Of a DNA stretch of 64,000 bases, positions 35,001-47,378 are shown piece by piece. Every line of letters begins with the position of its first letter. Position 1 is the first letter of the stretch. The position numbers were made by a program, and so were the translations under genes. The notes beneath the pieces are model-generated. The model was not told where the DNA came from. It ran no database searches and saw only the letters and a list, made by a program, of their open reading frames with translations. Source of the stretch: the human T2T-CHM13v2.0 reference genome, Homo sapiens; assembly GCF_009914755.1 (NCBI RefSeq), contig NC_060947.1. One strand, written 5' to 3'.

Positions 35001-35819
35001 TTCATATATGTTAACTTAGAGATTGATTATAATTTTTTGTTTCCAAGTGCTAGCTTTGGGATTACTTCACAGTTGTCCCCACATTCCCATACATCTTAAT
35101 TAAATTATCAGAATACTGAACTTTTATTCTTTTCTCAAAGGCAAAAATTGTCTACATTACTTCATGAAAATAAAGTCCTTTTGTATTTTCTTTGAACAGA
35201 AGAGCTGAAAGATTAATGTCTTGTATTCAGTCTTTGCCTTTTTTTATTATTGGTGGGGATACCTGTGATTGCTGGAGTCATTAAAAATCATGTAACATTT
35301 GAATGAATGAACAAACATATAAAAATGTCTTATGAAGCACTATACACAATTTTTTCCCCTGAAAATAAGATTTCATTTCACTCAACTATGAATTGGCCTC
35401 CCCTATGGAAAGTGTGCTATAGCCTCTTGGCTATTCAACTCCCTTCAAACCTTTTACATATTAATTGTATAAAATATTGCTGGCTCACATAATTCCACAC
35501 ATTGTTCTATGCTCTATGGATAATGGAAAAATAAACAATAATTACTGACCCAATGGAGCTTATGTTCTAATGGTTATGGCAACAGAATTCTCCACATAGT
35601 GATAATCAGGATATACTTGTGCATTTGAAGCACAATTGGAAACATAATTTCTGCAAGTGAAACATGTCAAGGAGAATACAAAAACCCTCCACATGATCAA
35701 CTTCCATGGTGGATACAATCTGAGGGAGTTATAGGAAAATGATGAACAATAATGAACTTTTGGTTAGAAGAACTTCTCATGATGTATTTCCTTTCCTTAT
35801 TGCACTGGTTGAATTCTAA

Positions 35820-37390
35820 TAATTGGTAGTTTGATTTCTAGTATGGCCATATAAGCACTTCTATTGTTAACCTTTTGGCAAATAAAAGCTACTAACTTGG
35901 AACAAAACACAAAGAACAACTACCTTAAGGTATTGGACAGGAATCCAAAACAGAGATATTGGCAATCACAACACTTGGAAAAAAGAAACAACAGAGGTTG
36001 AGTTTCCAACTTTCAAGACTTATAGCTTAAGAGGAAGATGCAATTTCTGCCAGAAGAGGTGGCTAAAACTCCAATAAAAAAATCTTTAGTTTTTTTGGTT
36101 GGGTGTGGGGGCTTATGCCTGTAATCCCAGCACTTTGGGAAGCCAAGACAGGTGGATCACTTGAGGCCAGGAGTTAGAGACCCACCTGGGCAACATGGCA
36201 AAACCCCATCTCTACAAAAAATACAAAAATTAGCCAGGCAGGGTGGCTGGTGCCTGTAGTCCCAGCTACTCAGGAGGCTGAGATAAGACGATTGTTTGAG
36301 TCTGGGAGGTGGAGATTGCAGTGAGCTGAAATAGTGTCACGGCACACCAGCCTGGGTGACAGAGCCAGATCCTGTCTCAAAAACAAAACAAAACAAAACA
36401 AAACAAAACAAAACAAAAAGTCTTCAGTTTTTATGGCCTGAAGAACCTGAGGAATTTGCAACTGGAAGGTGAAGGAGCACCTAGGAAAAGGTAAAGATAG
36501 AGAGAACCACAAATTCTTCTCTGGGAAACTATAAACTCTGCCTAAATCTCTAGATGACATTTAAACCGTGCTTGCCTGGGATATCCTACAAGCAACCTAA
36601 GAAATGATAAATGAACTGAATTGACATTTGAGCTGTAGCCCAAATGAAAGAGACTGCAGTTTGAGTCCAACCAAGCTGATTGCTGGAAAAACAAAAACAA
36701 AAACAAAAACACCAATACTCTTTGGAGCAAAAGAACCAAATCCAGCATCTCAACGACATGGCATTCACAATGTTTAGTTTACAATCTAAAATATTTTACT
36801 TTAAGAAGAAACAGGGAAAGACAACTCATTCACACACACACTAACACACACACATATATACACACACACAACTTTTAAGAGACCTATCCTGAGAATACCC
36901 AGATGTTAAAATTCACCGAGAAAGATTTTATTGCTGCTATTATATTTATATCAATACCATCAAAGAAAATATGCTCATAATTATTGAAAATGGAAAACCT
37001 CAGAAGATAAATAAAAACAACAAAAATAATTGAATGGCAATTTGTGGGCTAAAAAATAATATATGAAATATAAAATTATCCTGGATGAGTTTAACAGTAT
37101 AATGGAGATGACAGACAAGAAAAGCCAGTGCATTTGAAGATAGATCTATAGAAATCGTCCGAAATTAAGATCAGAGCGAAACACATTGAGAAAAAAAAGA
37201 ATGGACTCTCAGGAATCTGTGAAACAATATCAAATGCTCTAACATGCATGTGATTTGAGACCCAGAGAATGAGAGGGAAAATGGGACCAAAAACTATTTG
37301 CAAAAAAATAAGGACTGAAAAATTTTCAAATTTGGTGAAAGCCGTAAGTTTATAGACTCATGAAGCTCAGCAAATACCAAGCATCATAAG
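35820..37390 (+). mobile_element. Old L1M 5'/ORF1-region fragment
   Basis: ORF1-like motifs ('gaagatagatctatagaaat', 'gaagctcagcaaatacc'). Confidence 0.55.
36097..36419 (+). mobile_element. Alu (AluJ/Sz-like) with (AAAAC)n tail
   Basis: Alu motifs; degenerate TSD aaaaatctttagttttt/aaaagtcttcagttttt. Confidence 0.94.
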
Positions 37391-38151
37391 TATAAATTCT
37401 GATGATTAATCTAAGAAAATTTTACTATCCAAATATGTATAAATAATTCATATAGATTGAAGCAGCACCATTTATAATGGAAAAAACAAAAAATGGCAAT
37501 TTTACTGCCTTTAATAGACATCTAAGAACTTGTTATATACTGGTGAAGGTTGAGCATGTCGCCAACCTAAACAAGAGTATTATAAAAGAACAATGAGTTA
37601 TACAAGATCTCTTACTAATGGACAATAATGTTCACATTAAAAGTAGAGGGGTTTGATCGCTGCTTCATTATTATCAAGAATGAAGCACCAGTTCATCAGT
37701 CTGTATCTTGACATATCCTTCAGCCCATTCTGGAAGAAACCAAAAATGTCCAAAGGAAGGATGCTGGTTAACCTTCCAGAATATTTCAACAGCCACATTT
37801 CACCTTACTTTTCCTTACTTCCCCAAGAAAACAAGATTCTGAATTGTTTATTTATCCTGTAAGGTAGTCATGCCTACTAAGGTTGCATAGGAGAAGAGCC
37901 CAGTATCTAAGATAATTCTCACTAACAACTCCAGCAGACTAGAATATGACACATCGTAAAACAATTCACCAACAGCAGATTTACAAGTTGGTTTTTTGCC
38001 TGATTCAGTTGCTAGATTCTAGATGCCAATGTCATTACAAAAACTTTAAACTTTTAATGATGCTCCAATATGGAAACTTTAACACTACTGAAAATAGTTT
38101 AGATCTCAAGTTTTCAAGTAAGAACACCAATGTTAAAAACAACTTACTTGC

Positions 38152-38483
<332 letters not shown>

Positions 38484-41400
38484 TCAAAGTCAGACTTAAT
38501 GCCACACCAGAGACTATCATGAAAATGGCAACAGTAATTCATCTGGTAACTGTTAAAAGTAAAAATAACAAGAGTTTCTGCCACTTATTAATCTTTACTT
38601 CTAGTATCTAACAAAATGTTTGGCATATAGAAAACAAATAGCTAACATAGGGTAAATTAAGGAATAAATAAGTAACGTTAAAGTAATTTATATGAGGAGG
38701 AACTTTATTGTTCTGTCTCTCCAAAAGAGCAAGAAAATGACCTGGAAATAGTTGTCAGAATCAACTATTATGAAACTCAAACATCAAATCAAAAATTTAA
38801 AACAAACAAGGTAATGCTAAATGAAGAAGAAACCCACTGCTTTGCAGTAAGGGAGCACTGTAGGGTTTTAAGCTGCCTGCTACCATATCCCATTTCCAGA
38901 TATGCAGCTAATTTGAGGATGAAAGCCTGCACTCCTGATGCAAGTTGCTAGTGCCAAAGAAATACAGATCTTTTCCTCAAAGAAATGTGCTTGTCTTTTT
39001 AGACTTCTCTGATGGCCCCCTGAAGGACTGGGACAGTAACTTCCTTTGTTTTGCCTGACTCAGAGCATTTCCAGGGCTCAGATGATGTTCTGGTTGGAGT
39101 TTGCCAAAAGTATTAAAAGGCACAAGCATTGTTTGCAACAGACTAGGACAAGTAACACTAGACCACACAAACAAGAAACAGGCTGAATGGCCTGGGAAGA
39201 AAGAGGTTGGGAATGGAGATACGTTGGGAAAGAAAACTTTATTTTTAAGGAACTCAAATATAACAGAGAATGGAAAAAGCTACACATGGCGTGCCTAAGG
39301 ATGTCAGAATGCTCAGAAGAAGCCTGGAAAGACACTATTCTTCCACCTGTGACCGGGCTGTCCATCAGCCTCTGAGATTCTGCTGAAGTATAAAGTTGAG
39401 GCTGAGGCAGAGTTATAAACAACCTCATTAAGCATTGAAGGAAGGTCCCAAACAGACCCAACCTGCAAAAAGTAAGAAAGCATTCATTCCTTTTTTTTCT
39501 TTGCCTACCGGTATTTAAGAAACCCCTGTAAAAGTGCTAGGTAACCACCAAACTAACAGGATGCTGATTTTAGCTGCCACAGAAGACCAAGAAAAAAGAA
39601 AACAGACTTTATAAAAATAGTTTTGAAAAATCACTAAACAGTCAAACAAAATCAGTCCAAAACAAGTAGCAACAACTTCAGGAAGGGAAGAAAATCTGAT
39701 TTACAGATCTGCCACATTGTAATATTAAGATGTCCAAGTTTTACCAAGATTAAAAAGCATGCAAATAAACTAGGAAATATGACCTATTTTCAGAAAACAA
39801 AATAGAATAGAAACTGATCATGAGGAAGCCCAAGCATTGGACTTAATAGACAAAGACTTTACATCAACTGTCTCAAATGTACTCAAAGAGCTGAAGGAAA
39901 CCATGGAGTAAGAATTAAAGCAAACCAGAAGAACAATGTCTCAAGGGATAGAGAATATAATTAAAGGGATAAAATTGTAAACAAAAAACAATGGAAATAT
40001 GGCAGCTAAAAATTATAATAACTGAAATGAAAAATTCACATGAGGGAATCAATAACAGACTTTAGCAGACAGAAGAAAGAATCAGAGAACATGAAAACAG
40101 GTCAATTGTGATTATCCAGTCCAAGGAGCATAAAGAGAAAATAATAAATAAAAATGAACAATGCCTAAGGGACCTTTGAGACACTATCAAGTTTACCAAT
40201 ATATGCACAATGGGATTTCCGGGACATGAGAGATTAAAAGGATCAGAAAAAAATATTTAAAGAAATAATGGCCACAAACTTTCCAACTTTGAATAAAGAC
40301 ATGACTATAAATCCAGGAAGCTCAATGAACTCTAAGCAAGAATTACTCCAAAATATCCAAACCAAGGTGCAGTATAATCAAACTCTTGAAAGGCAAAGAG
40401 AGAATCTTAAAAGCTGCAACAGACAAGCATCTCATCAAATACAAAGTATCTTTAACAAGATAAACAGTGAATTTCTCTACAGAGACCATGGAGGCCGGAA
40501 GCAGTGAGATGACATATTTAAAGTGCTGAAAGAAAAATTGTCAACTAAATGCTCTAAATCTGGCAAAGCTATCCTTCAAAAATAGAGAAATTAAAACACT
40601 CCTGGTAAAAGAGCAAAAAGAAAAACAAAAAATCAGAAGGAGTTAATTACTAGTGGACCTACCCTAAAAAAAAATGCTAAAGGGAGTCCTTCAGGATGAA
40701 ATGAAAGGACGCCAAAAAGTACCTTGAAGGCATATAAAGAAATAAAAAACAACAAAAGTAGCTACAAAGCAAATATAAAATCCAGTGGAATTGTACTATG
40801 GGTTTCTTACACCTGTTTTGACTTTCTATTTCCTTTAAAAGGCAAATACATAAAACAATAATTATAAATCTATATTAATGAGCACCAAATGTATAAAAAA
40901 TGTAATTTATGACCAATAGCAACATAAAAAAGGATGAAGATGTAAAGAAGCAAAATCTTTGTATAGTATTGAAACTGAGTATCTATAATTAAAACTTGAT
41001 TGTTATGGAAGAAAGATTATAATTGTAATCCCCAGGTTAACCAAAGTAAACAATTAAAATAATACAAAGAGAAAGAGACAAGAAGAGAATCCCTACAAAA
41101 AAATCAGTTAATCACAAAAAAATCACTTAATCACAAGTGAAGGCAGTGACAGAAAAAAATGATAGTATATGTTATAGATAAAATGGTGCAAGTGTCTTTT
41201 CTTTACTGTAATTACTTTAAATGTGAAAGAATTAAATTTTCCAGTTAAAAGGCAGACACTAGCAAAATGGATAAAAATACATGATCCAATTATATGCTTT
41301 CAATAAGAGACTCACTTTAGACATAAGGACACATGTATGTTGAAAGTGAAAGGATGGAAAAAGATATTCCATACAAACAGTAACCAAAATAGAGTTGAGG

Positions 41401-42407
41401 TGGCTGAACTTGTCAGACAAAATAGAACTTACAAAGATAGTTGTTGTGAACAACATCAACTAAAAGAAGAACATCATCTATTGATTTCAAGCCATCAAGA
41501 ACATATAACAATTATAAACATATATGTACCTAACAACAGAGCCCAACAATTATACGAAGTGAAAAATAAAAGAATTAATGGGAGAAAAAGGTAGATCTAT
41601 AATAATATTTGGAGATATCAATACTCCATTTTCAATAATGGACAGAACAACAAGACAGAAAATCAATGAGGAAAATAGAGGACTTGAACAACACTATAAA
41701 ACAACTAATTCTAACAGACAGATACAGAACATTCCATCTAATAACAACAATAAATACATTTTTTCTCATGTGCACATGGAACATTCTCTGGGATGGACCA
41801 TAAGTTTTACCACAAAACAAATGTCAATACATTTAAAATATTATTATTATTTAAAGTATCCTAATACATTTAAAATATTATTATTCAAAGTAGAAATCAG
41901 TAACAGAAAGAAAACTAAAAAATTTACAAATATGCAAAAATTAAACAATATTAAACAACCAATAAGTGAAAGAAGAAAATACAAATGAAATTCAAAAATA
42001 TTTTGAGAATGGCAGAATAAAAACTTAATATACCAAAAAATTATGGGATGCATCAAAAGCTGCGCTCAGAGGGAAATTTATATCTGTAAATGGCTACATT
42101 TAAAAATAAAATGAACTCAATTAATGACCTAACTTTATACCATAAGAAACTAGAAAAGTAGAGCAAGTTTAACCCAAACTCACAAAATAACTGAAATGAT
42201 GAAGTTTAGTGGAAATATAAAAAATAAAGAATAGGAAAAATATAAGGACAATTAATAAAACCAAACGTTTTCCTTTTTTTGAAAAGATCAAAAAAGTTGA
42301 CAAATCTTTAGATAGACAGACTAAGGAAAAAAGAGAAGACACAAATTACAAAAATCAGAAATGAAAGTGGGGGTATTACTACTAACCTTACAGAAATTAA
42401 AAGGATT

Positions 42408-42709
42408 GGCTGGCCAATCCTCCTGGTGTGGTATCTCATGCCTGTAATCCTCGCACCTTGGGAGGCCAAGGTGGGAGGATTACTTGAGCCTATGAGTTCA
42501 AGAGCAGCCTAGGCAACATGGTGAAAACCCATCTCTACAAAAAAAAATTTAAAAATTAGACAGGTATGGTGCCACATGTTTGTGGCCCTAGCTACTCAGG
42601 AGGCTTAGTTAGGAAGATTGCTTGAGCCCAGGAGGTTGAGACTGCAGTGAGCCATTATTACACCACTGCAAACTAGCCCAGACAACAGAGCAAGATCCTA
42701 TCTCAAAAA
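42408..42709 (+). mobile_element. Alu (AluJ-like)
   Basis: TSD aaattaaaaggatt at 42394-42407 / 42710-42723. Confidence 0.93.
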
Positions 42710-43896
42710 AAATTAAAAGGATTATAAAACAATACAATGAACAATTATACACCAGTAAATTAAATAACCTGGATGAAATGTAAAAATTTCTAAAAACACA
42801 CATACTACCAAAAGTGACTCAAGGAGAAATAATCTGAAGAGTCATATAAAAAGTAACTACATTGAATCAGTGATCAAATACCTCTCAACAATGAAAGCTC
42901 AAGACAAGAAGTTTTCCTTTTGAATTTCACCGAACATTTCAAAAATTAACACCAATTCTTCTCAAACTCTTCTAAAAAATAGAAGATGAAGAAACATTTT
43001 GTAATATATTCTATTAGACTGGCATTATCTTAATATCAAAGCCAGCTAAAGACATTACAAGAAAATTATAGATTAGTATTGTTTATTAATATAAATGCAA
43101 AAGTCTTCAATAAAATACTAGCAAACTAAATTCAGCACCATATTATATACCCATTACTAAATGGGATTTATCTCAGGGATGCAAGAGGGATTCAACATAC
43201 AGAAACTAATCAATGTAATGTATCACATTAATAGAATGAAGGTATGCAAACCACATGATTATGTCAATTGATGCAGAAAAAGCATTTGCAAAAGTCCATC
43301 ACTTTTTTATGATAAAAAAATGTTCAACAAACTAGGAATAAAAGAAAATGTCCTTGACAGGCATTTATAAAAAACAAAAACAAAACCCAGTCAATAGTGA
43401 AAGACTGATTTTCCTCTAAGATCAGGGAAAAAAGGCAGAATGCCCAACTTCATTAGTTCTATTTATCATGGTACTGAAAATTCCATGTAGAGAAATTAGG
43501 CAAAGAGAGGAAATAAAAGGCAGAGGAAAATTGGAAAAGAATAAATCAAATTATTTCTATTTGCAGAAGACATGATCTTATATATGGAAAATCCCAAAGA
43601 GTCAACACAAAACATAGCTCTAATAAATGAATTCAGCAAAGTTGCAGGACATTTGTAGTTCTATACACAGTGATGAACAATCCATGAAAGAATTTAAGAA
43701 AACAATTCTATTTACAACAGCTTCCAAAAAAACCTCAATTGATAACAGCATCAGCCACAAAGAAGAATTAAGTATTGATACATGCTACGAAATAGATAAA
43801 CCTCAAAAACATTAGCTAGGTGAAAGAAGCCAGACCCAAAAAGTCACAAATTGTATGATTCTATTTATATGAAATATCCAAATTAGTTAAATCCAT

Positions 43897-44297
43897 AGAC
43901 TGGATTAAGAAAATGTGGCACATATACACCATGGAATACTATGCAGCCATAAAAAATGATGAGTTCATGTCCTTTGTAGGGACATGGATGAAATTGGAAA
44001 TCATCATTCTCAGTAAACTATCGCAAGGACAAAAAACCAAACACTGCATGTTCTCACTCATAGGTGGGAATTGAACAATGAGAACACATGGACACAGGAA
44101 GGGGAACATCACACTCTGGGGACTGTTGTGGGGTGGGGGGAGGGGGGAGGGGTAGCATTAGGATATATACCTAATGCTAAATGACGAGTTAATGGGTGCA
44201 GCACACCAGCATAGCACATGTATACATATGTAACTAACCTGCACATTGTGCACATGTACCCTAAAACTTAAAGTATAATAATAATTAAAAAAAAAAG
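43897..44297 (+). mobile_element. Young L1PA (PA3/PA4-like) 3'-end fragment, ~400 bp, sense to HTR2C
   Basis: 'gactggattaagaaaatgtggcac...cttaaagtataataataattaaaaaaaaa'. Confidence 0.94.
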
Positions 44298-44694
44298 ATA
44301 AAAAGCAAATTAGAGATTGCCAGGAGCTGGTTGATGGGAGAATGGGAAGTAACTGCTTAACGGTATGCAGTTTCCTTTTGGAGTGATGAAATGTTTCTGA
44401 ACTAGAGACAGATGCTAGTTGCACAATATTGTGAATGTACTAGATGCCATTGGATTGTACACTTTAAAGAGATTAATTTTATGTTGTGTAAATTTTACCT
44501 CAATAAAATATATGTCACGCTGAAGGTATCATTATCATGATCACCATCATCATCCCTATAGAAAATAATGCTTCCTAAATTTCACTTTCTTTAAAAGGTT
44601 TAGATTATGAGAAAATATAAGCAGACTAAAATTTGAGACTATAGTCAGTACAATTTGGATGACGTGTTCTTGTCTTCTCTCTGTTCTCTTTCAG

Positions 44695-44895
44695 ATTATG
44701 TCTGGCCACTACCTAGATATTTGTGCCCCGTCTGGATTTCTTTAGATGTTTTATTTTCAACAGCGTCCATCATGCACCTCTGCGCTATATCGCTGGATCG
44801 GTATGTAGCAATACGTAATCCTATTGAGCATAGCCGTTTCAATTCGCGGACTAAGGCCATCATGAAGATTGCTATTGTTTGGGCAATTTCTATAG
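44695..44895 (+). CDS. HTR2C: 5-HT2C receptor internal coding exon (edited exon 'V'), codons ~117-184, phase 1-1
   Basis: Pyrimidine tract + tttcag| acceptor; encodes (D)[66 protein letters not shown](G) with the aminergic TM3 Asp and DRY motif; donor ag|gtaaat. Confidence 0.98.
44798..44806 (+). promoter_or_regulatory. HTR2C: Proximal alternative 5' splice donor (tcg|gtatgt, exon end 44800), removes 95 nt and gives the truncated receptor
   Basis: 44801-44895 is exactly 95 nt, matching the known truncated isoform. Confidence 0.9.
44811..44823 (+). other. HTR2C: A-to-I editing sites A (44811), B (44813), E/C' (44817), C (44818), D (44823) in codons I156, N158, I160
   Basis: Genomic ATA CGT AAT CCT ATT (INI isoform); site assignment from established HTR2C biology. 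Confidence 0.95.
44814..44831 (+). promoter_or_regulatory. SNORD115 (HBII-52) antisense-box target
   Basis: cgtaatcctattgagcat; the complementarity to SNORD115 is established knowledge. Confidence 0.85.
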
Positions 44896-44928
44896 GTAAA
44901 TAAAACTTTTTGGCCATAAGAATTGCAG

Positions 44929-44962
44929 CGGCTATGCTCAATACTTTCGGATTATGTACTGT
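44929..44962 (+). promoter_or_regulatory. Intronic editing-complementary sequence (ECS)
   Basis: cggctatgctcaata (44929-44943) is the perfect reverse complement of 44822-44836. After a ctttc bulge, ggattatgta-c-tgt pairs with 44808-44821. Confidence 0.93.
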
Positions 44963-44982
44963 GAACAACGTACAGACGTCGA

Positions 44983-44991
44983 CTGGTAACA
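44983..44991 (+). promoter_or_regulatory. HTR2C: Distal alternative 5' splice donor (ctg|gtaaca), extends the exon by 90 nt with an in-frame TAA
   Basis: 44896-44985 = 90 nt; read-through gives ...ISIGK* (stop at 44901-44903). Confidence 0.7.
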
Positions 44992-46820
44992 TTTGCGTTT
45001 GATCGGGTTCTTTTATTTAGTAATTATTCTTAACCTATTTATCTGATATTTAGGTTAACAATAATGAAAGGAATGTAATGTGTATTAATATGTAAATATA
45101 AAGTTTCCATTTATGCTGCTAAATTATTTTATGCATTAGTATGCCAATGAATTCTGCAACACAGATACAAAATGTTTGAAATATTTAAAATGCTTTGAAA
45201 ATGAGAAAGACATAAAGTCTAATTAAAGTCTAAATTTTAAAAATATAACATTTCAATCTTATATTGAAAAGTTACATGTATCCCAGAATATTAACCTTAG
45301 TATTTTTATTCTAAATTCCTATCCTTTTCAGTAGAAAAATTAATAATGCAATCTAAATCATCATCAAGTAAATATGTCTAAATTTTTGTTGCTATGACAC
45401 CTAAAATGTACTATTTTCTCTCAGTTTTAATTGTCTTCTTGAATTCTGGGTATACAAAAAGAAAAAAAAATTTGTTTCTTTAAAGATTTGTAGCAGTTTA
45501 AAGGGAAAGAAATGATCATTTATTGCTTATATTTGAGGTATTCATAAATGCCTTAACAGTGCTAATATTAAAGCCAAGAAATTTAAACAATTGGACTTTA
45601 GGGGTTTTACTTTCATGTTTTTTTCCTTTTCCAGTTGGTGTAAATAATTTTTCTTCATATTTATGTTTTTGTAAAGATTGAGGTAAAGTGTGCAACAAGA
45701 TCAAGACTTCTATTTAATCTTCACTAATATCATCTAAATATTTTGACTCTGGGTTTATTGATCAAATACATTTAAGTTTTAAGATTGTTCTATTGTAGAT
45801 TGTTCTGCCTGTGTATAGCATAGACACCTTTGAATAAAAAGTCGTGAAGCTTGTCCCAAAAGACAAAAATGAATTTACGTAAGTTTGACTTACAAATTCA
45901 AGAGTTCACAGATTTTGCCCTAGCCATCACAAAGAGTTCATCTAAAAAGATGCCAGCTTTTATGGTGCTTACAAAGGAAATACACAGACAGAATATTGTT
46001 GCATCAGCTTCTAGTAATGAAAGACTGAGTAATTTGCAATGACTCTTGTGCTAAAGGCAAATAAACACATGGATAAAACACTAAAAGCCCTAAGAAGCTA
46101 ATGAAATAGAAATTGCTATTGGCTAAGATCCAGAAAAAGACAAAAACCCAAGAAAAATGATTATGACTTCTAGTTCACTTTTGCCAATGATGCATTATAA
46201 ACCTGAAGATATGACTGACAGGTGGAGACGATCATTTCAGACTCGCAAGCAATGGAGGACTAGAGTAGGAATACAGAGTCTGGCAAGGGCCAACCAACCT
46301 GAATTTAATTCTGGGATCACAAAAAAACCAGACACTAGGAATAAGGATCGACCAGGATTAAATCACCATAGACATGGAATTCAGCCCTGGTTCAAGTCAT
46401 CTATGTAAATGAGAGAAATCTTGGGCCTTAAAATTGGATTAAGATGATTTCGTATTATTCAGGTTTCCAATTTTGGGGCATAAACAAACAAAAAAAACCC
46501 CATAATCCTAGATTTCAACTTATTTCTTTCAATAATTTTCAAATGCTGTCACTGAAATACAATGATATGCAGATATATGAGGAGACAATACAACATGAAT
46601 CAGGTATGGGACAATAAGAGATAACAGAAATAAACTTACAAACACTTCAGATAATTGAATTATCAGACATACACTTTAAATAATCATTTGGAATGTGCAC
46701 ATGGAAATTACATGCTGATCTTAAACACTTCAGCAAGAAACTGCAAACTATAACAAATGACATTAAGATTTGAGAAACACCTAGAAAATATGGAACTTAA
46801 GCATAATATGAAAAACTAAG

Positions 46821-47129
46821 GGCCAGGCAGTGTCTTACACCTGTAATTCCAGCACTTTGGGAGGCCGATGCAGGCGGATCACTTGTGGCCAGGAGTTCAA
46901 GACTAGCCTGGACAACATGATGAAACCCCATCTCTACTAAAAATACAAAAATTAGCCAGGTATGGTAGCACACGCCTGTAATCCCAGCTACTTGGGAGGC
47001 TGTGGTGGGAGGATCACTTGACCCTCAGAGGTCAAGTCTGCAGTGAGCTGAGATCATGCCACTGCGCTCCAGCCTGGGCAACAGAGTGAGACTCTGTCAC
47101 ACACACAAAAAAAATTAATTAATTAAAAA
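46821..47129 (+). mobile_element. Alu (AluJ/S-like)
   Basis: TSD atgaaaaactaag/atgaaaacctaag. Confidence 0.93.
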
Positions 47130-47202
47130 ATGAAAACCTAAGAACTCTGTGGCAGATTAGAGATGGCGAATTTCCAAATTTACAGAAGATTATTATAAAA
47201 TA

Positions 47203-47378
47203 TTAAAAATTAGCTGGGTATGGTGGCATGTGCCTGTAGCCCTAGCTACTCAGAAGGTTGAGGCAGGAGCATCACTTGAACTCAAGTGTCTTGAGGTTGC
47301 AGTGAGCTATGATCGTGCTATGACACTTCAGCCTTGATGAGAAAGCAACACTTTGTCTCTACAAATAAAAGATAAAAT
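47203..47378 (+). mobile_element. Alu right-arm monomer/fragment (AluJ/FRAM-like)
   Basis: 'aaaattagctgggtatggtggcatgtgcctgtag...gcagtgagctatgatcgtg'. Confidence 0.82.

Larger units (their letters stand above)
38700..44510 (+). mobile_element. Long degraded L1MB/MD-type element (5' region, ORF1, ORF2 remnants, 3' end)
   Basis: ORF2-like translations (e.g. GWKKIFHTNSNQ, IIIFGDINTPFSIMDRTTRQKIN); L1MB-type 3' end with aataaa at 44502-44507. Confidence 0.8.

Noticed and set aside
44655-44903. 82-aa ORF as a standalone gene
   Set aside because: It is the HTR2C exon plus flanking intron read-through; the true limits are the splice sites 44695/44895.
44696-44992. 98-aa antisense ORF over the exon
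   Set aside because: Shadow frame of the coding exon; no independent support.
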